NCBI GenBank assembly: GCA_002269645.1
Contig: NIVC01001284.1
Location: forward strand, 62,001 to 126,000
Direction of reading: 5' to 3'
DNA from: Macrostomum lignano
Lineage: Eukaryota
Length of the DNA stretch: 64,000 nt
Below the pieces are notes generated by a model. The model was not told the DNA's origin. It did not search any database and was given only the letters and a program-made list of their open reading frames with translations. The first letter of the stretch is position 1. Each line of letters begins with the position of its first letter. This document shows positions 60,801-64,000 of this stretch, one piece after another. A program made the position numbers and the translations under genes.

Positions 60801-62431
60801 TCTACGCGTCCTGCGCGCCAAACCCGGAGCACGCGCGCTAACATCTGCGCTAACTGGACTGGCGCGTCTATCGCTAAGAGTCAACTTGGACCTGCTGCCG
60901 GACCTGTTTAGCGCGCTGCAGGCACTGCTGGACTGGCCAGACCTGTCCACTGCGCACTCTGTTGAGGTGACTGGCTTGCTGTCTGTCTGTCTGTCTGTCT
61001 CTCAGGGGGGGCGGGGGGTAGCCAATTGGTCTAGCTTGTCGCTCTGGTGTGCCAGCGGCCCAGGATCGATTCGAAGTGCAGTCACATTATTTTGCGGCTA
61101 CCATTTGGAATCTCGGCTTGGCTCTCTGCTCGTGCAATTAACGCTCAGCTTGAGGGCCAACAACCCCCAAGGCACAGTAAAGTGTACATGCCATAACGAT
61201 AAATAAAGTTAGGGCCGCTGTACACTCCTGTGTGAGTGAGTGCCTGTGCGTATGACTGCGTACGTATCCGCGCGATTGTGTGCCTGCTCAGGGGAGTCGG
61301 CGGAATGGGCAGCAATGCCTCCTCTCACCGGTTGTAACCGGTCAGTTCAGTTTTTTAAAATAAAAAGTCTCCCTATCTGTGTCTGTCTGTCTGTCTGTCT
61401 GTGTCTTGGCCCATCATATTGTCCATTTCTGCATTATTCACCTGTCTTCACCTGGACTTTTTGCCTCTTATAAATCTTATTTTATTTCCCCTTTTCTACA
61501 CGGCATATAGCATCAGCACACTTATTTACCAGGCTAACCAGCATGCAGAAGGCACACATAAACTCTCAAACTTTCTTTATATCACCTACAGGTGGTTCGC
61601 ACAGCCCTCGCCCTGCTCAGCGGAGAAGGCGAAGCGCTCACCCTGGACCCACGCCGGTTCTACCTGCACCTGTACAAGCGGCTGCCCCGTCTGGTTCGCC
61701 ACCACCCCGACCTGGCCCCCAGCCTGTCTCAGACCCTCCTGGCCGCCCTCGCCGACCGTCGGCGTCATCTGCCGCCGATGCGACCCGTCAACTTTCTGCG
61801 CCGTTTACTGGACTCAATTTGTCAGACAGCTCTGCTAAATGGAAACGGCAGTTCCGCTACGGAAGCTTCCCTAACCTGTCTGCTGACCTGTGCTGCCCGG
61901 CTGTTGGCTGTGTTTCCTCGAGCGCAGCGACTGCTTGAACCAGCTGACGATGTTGATGACGCCGAAGCCGCCGCCACAGCGGCTGGTCAGCTGGTGCTGG
62001 CTACTGACGACGATCCCGATCTAGGCGGACTGTCCTGTCAGTCTTGCGAACCGTTGCTACGCAAATTAGCCTCGGGTAGCAACCAGGTAGCTAGCCATTC
62101 GATTCGACAATTAGCCAGTCTGTTGTTGAAGCAGAATTTCTCAGCTATCCATGCCGCTTCTGCTGGCGGTCGGGGAGGCGATCTGAGTCTTGGCAGGGCA
62201 CCAGCTGATAACTGTGATGATGATGAAGAAGAGCATGACGACCAAGTTGAAAAGTCATCTACGGCGCGTTCCGGTCGACAGTCGAAGTTTTCTAAGAAAG
62301 CACGACAGCAGCGCGGCAATAATTCCAAGCAGAAGCAGCAGCAAAAGTTCGGTTCAAAGAAGAGCTCAGTTAGAAAGAAAATTAGCGGTGGCGGTCGAGG
62401 CGGCAGTCGCGGTGGTAAAAGGAGGCGTTGA
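57396..62431 (+). CDS. NOC3L: Nucleolar complex protein 3 homologue (NOC3L), ~732 aa; exons 57396-57734, 58080-58442, 59632-59931, 60610-60966, 61592-62431
   Basis: VSLCEVFKDILPSYKIR...ETKRLRAFEETLLLNYRKYL, AIRCLSQLLANHPNFN, and a CBF/Mak21-type region GLARLSLRVNLDL...LTLDPRRFYLHLY. All introns are phase 0, and the CDS is 2199 nt. Confidence 0.92.
57800..58020 (+). repeat. (GATA)/(GACA) microsatellite in NOC3L intron 1
   Basis: Direct inspection. Confidence 0.85.
58590..59470 (+). repeat. 22/27-bp minisatellite GGAATCTAGTGGACATTGTGAT(GTGAT) in NOC3L intron 2
   Basis: Direct inspection. Confidence 0.93.
59960..60545 (+). repeat. Degenerate 28-bp minisatellite TTATTCTCTGGTTGCTATGGGGATATTC in NOC3L intron 3
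   Basis: Direct inspection. Confidence 0.9.
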
Positions 62432-62519
62432 TTATTCGACAGCCTTTGACTTGATTTCTGCTTGTATGACAGTGTGTACTTTGTCTTTGTCATCTTGAAC
62501 CCCTAAAATCGCTCTTAAA

Positions 62520-62905
62520 TCGCCCCCACTCTCCCTAGAGAATCGCCCCCACTCTCCTTAGAGAATCGCCCCCACTCTCCCTAGAGAATCGCCCCCACTC
62601 TCCCTAGAGAATTGCCTTCACTCTCCATAAAGAATCGCCCTCACTCTCTCTGAAGAATCGCCCTCACTCTCTCTGAAGAATCGCCCTCATTCTCCCTAGA
62701 GAATCGACCTGACTCACCCTCGAGAATCGCCCTACTCTCCCTTGAGAATCGCCCCCCCTCTCCTTAGATAATCGCCCCCCCCTCTCCTTAGAGAATCGCC
62801 CTCACTCACCCTTGAGAATCGCCCTACTCTCCCTAGAGAATCGCCCCCCTCTCCTTAGAGAATCGCCCTCACTCACCCTAGAGAATCGCCCTCACTATCT
62901 TAAGA
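62520..62905 (+). repeat. 23-bp minisatellite AGAGAATCGCCCCCACTCTCCCT between NOC3L and the C11orf98-like gene
   Basis: Direct inspection. Confidence 0.9.
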
Positions 62906-63277
62906 GAATCGTCTTTAAAAGTTCGTCTTAACACGCAAGTTTTCCGAAGAAGCTATCGATCTGTTTTCTGTGCCTAATATTAGTGCATTTGTCATCAACT
63001 GCGCATTGCGAGAAATATACAATTGAACGACAATGGCTAGTTCAGTACCTAAGCTGTTCAAGTGTTGATGTGTTAATTGTTGAGTTTAAAATTCATTTGA
63101 GGCTTGTGCGCAAAACATTGGTCATTGAAGCTTTACGAGCCATTCCACCACCGTCCGTGTACACCCTGTGTGAGCGTGCTCTCCCCTCCCGATCGGTCTT
63201 TAGGAACTTTTTCCAGTATTGGATGATTCATGAAATAAAACGTAACACCAATATTCATGCTGACTCATTAAACCGCC

Positions 63278-63640
63278 ATGGGCATGCACAGAGACCCCAA
63301 CCGGAAGCGACCAGCCCACGTGAAGCACAATCACAAGCGGCACAGGGAAAAGATCAAACGACGCCGCGCGGCCAAGCCGCCTCGAATTTGCGAGATTCCC
63401 GACGCGGATTTGCAAACGCCCGGCCAGTTGCGCAAGCTGCGCACCAACCCTAACGCCAATATTGAATTGTCTGGCAAGAGGAAGCGAAAAATTATTAAAC
63501 AGCTCAGGCGGGAGTTGAAGGAACAACAGGTTGCCGAGTCTGCGATGGAAGTGTCAGCTACTGACAGTAGCAATGCTGGAAAGAAGCGTCAAAAGAAACA
63601 GCAGCAGGCAGCATCTGTTGCTATGGAAACGGATCAATAA
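63278..63640 (+). CDS. C11orf98: C11orf98-like small basic protein, 120 aa
   Basis: ANIELSGKRKRKIIKQLRRELKEQQVAESAMEV matches the recalled C11orf98 motif ANITLSGKKRRKLLQQIR...AMEV. Confidence 0.8.
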   Translation: MGMHRDPNRKRPAHVKHNHKRHREKIKRRRAAKPPRICEIPDADLQTPGQLRKLRTNPNANIELSGKRKRKIIKQLRRELKEQQVAESAMEVSATDSSNAGKKRQKKQQQAASVAMETDQ

Positions 63641-64000
63641 TAATAACTAAGCCCGTTTCAACTATTGACTATTGGCGTTCTCATTTTACTGTTCAAGAAC
63701 CTAATTATAAAATATAATAAAGTTTCCACTGTGTGTACATGACTGGACAAGAGTGGCTTCATCTTGTTTCTTGGAAAAAATACTTACTATTCTTATAATT
63801 TTTCATTTTTTAATAACTTTACTTAGTAACTTAAACAAAGAAATTCTGACACTAAAAAGCTTATATAGAATAATTCATTTTATAGCAACAATTTTAAGAC
63901 ATCAGGTTCAATCTCGATCTTACAACTCTAATTCGGTTTATTCTAATTTGATTTGCTTGAAAGAGTAACAATTACAACAGCTGCTTTAAAGTTCGGCGCA

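Overview
This is eukaryotic (animal) genomic DNA: GC-rich spliced exons, GT-AG introns and many intronic minisatellites. The style suggests a free-living flatworm such as Macrostomum, but that is inference only. Reading splice sites and phases by hand gave nine gene models. They are: a DEG/ENaC channel (-) with an unusual N-terminal glycine-zipper array; an ankyrin-repeat/cGAS-like (Mab-21, cGLR) nucleotidyltransferase fusion (+), which the ORF track splits into three ORFs; Claspin (+); an orphan coiled-coil gene (+); an OCRE-domain gene (-); ANKRD40 (-); a TRIM-NHL E3 ligase (+); NOC3L (+); and a C11orf98-like gene (+). Mobile elements are an internally deleted mariner with perfect TIRs and TA TSDs, two MITEs with 8-bp TSDs, and hAT-Charlie, MULE, Gypsy and SINE remnants. 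About 20 different tandem arrays explain nearly all the long repetitive ORFs. The best candidate for a new system is the ankyrin-cGLR fusion, which keeps its catalytic motifs and lies head-to-head with the glycine-zipper DEG/ENaC channel. All exon models and family assignments come from motif recognition, with no database search.
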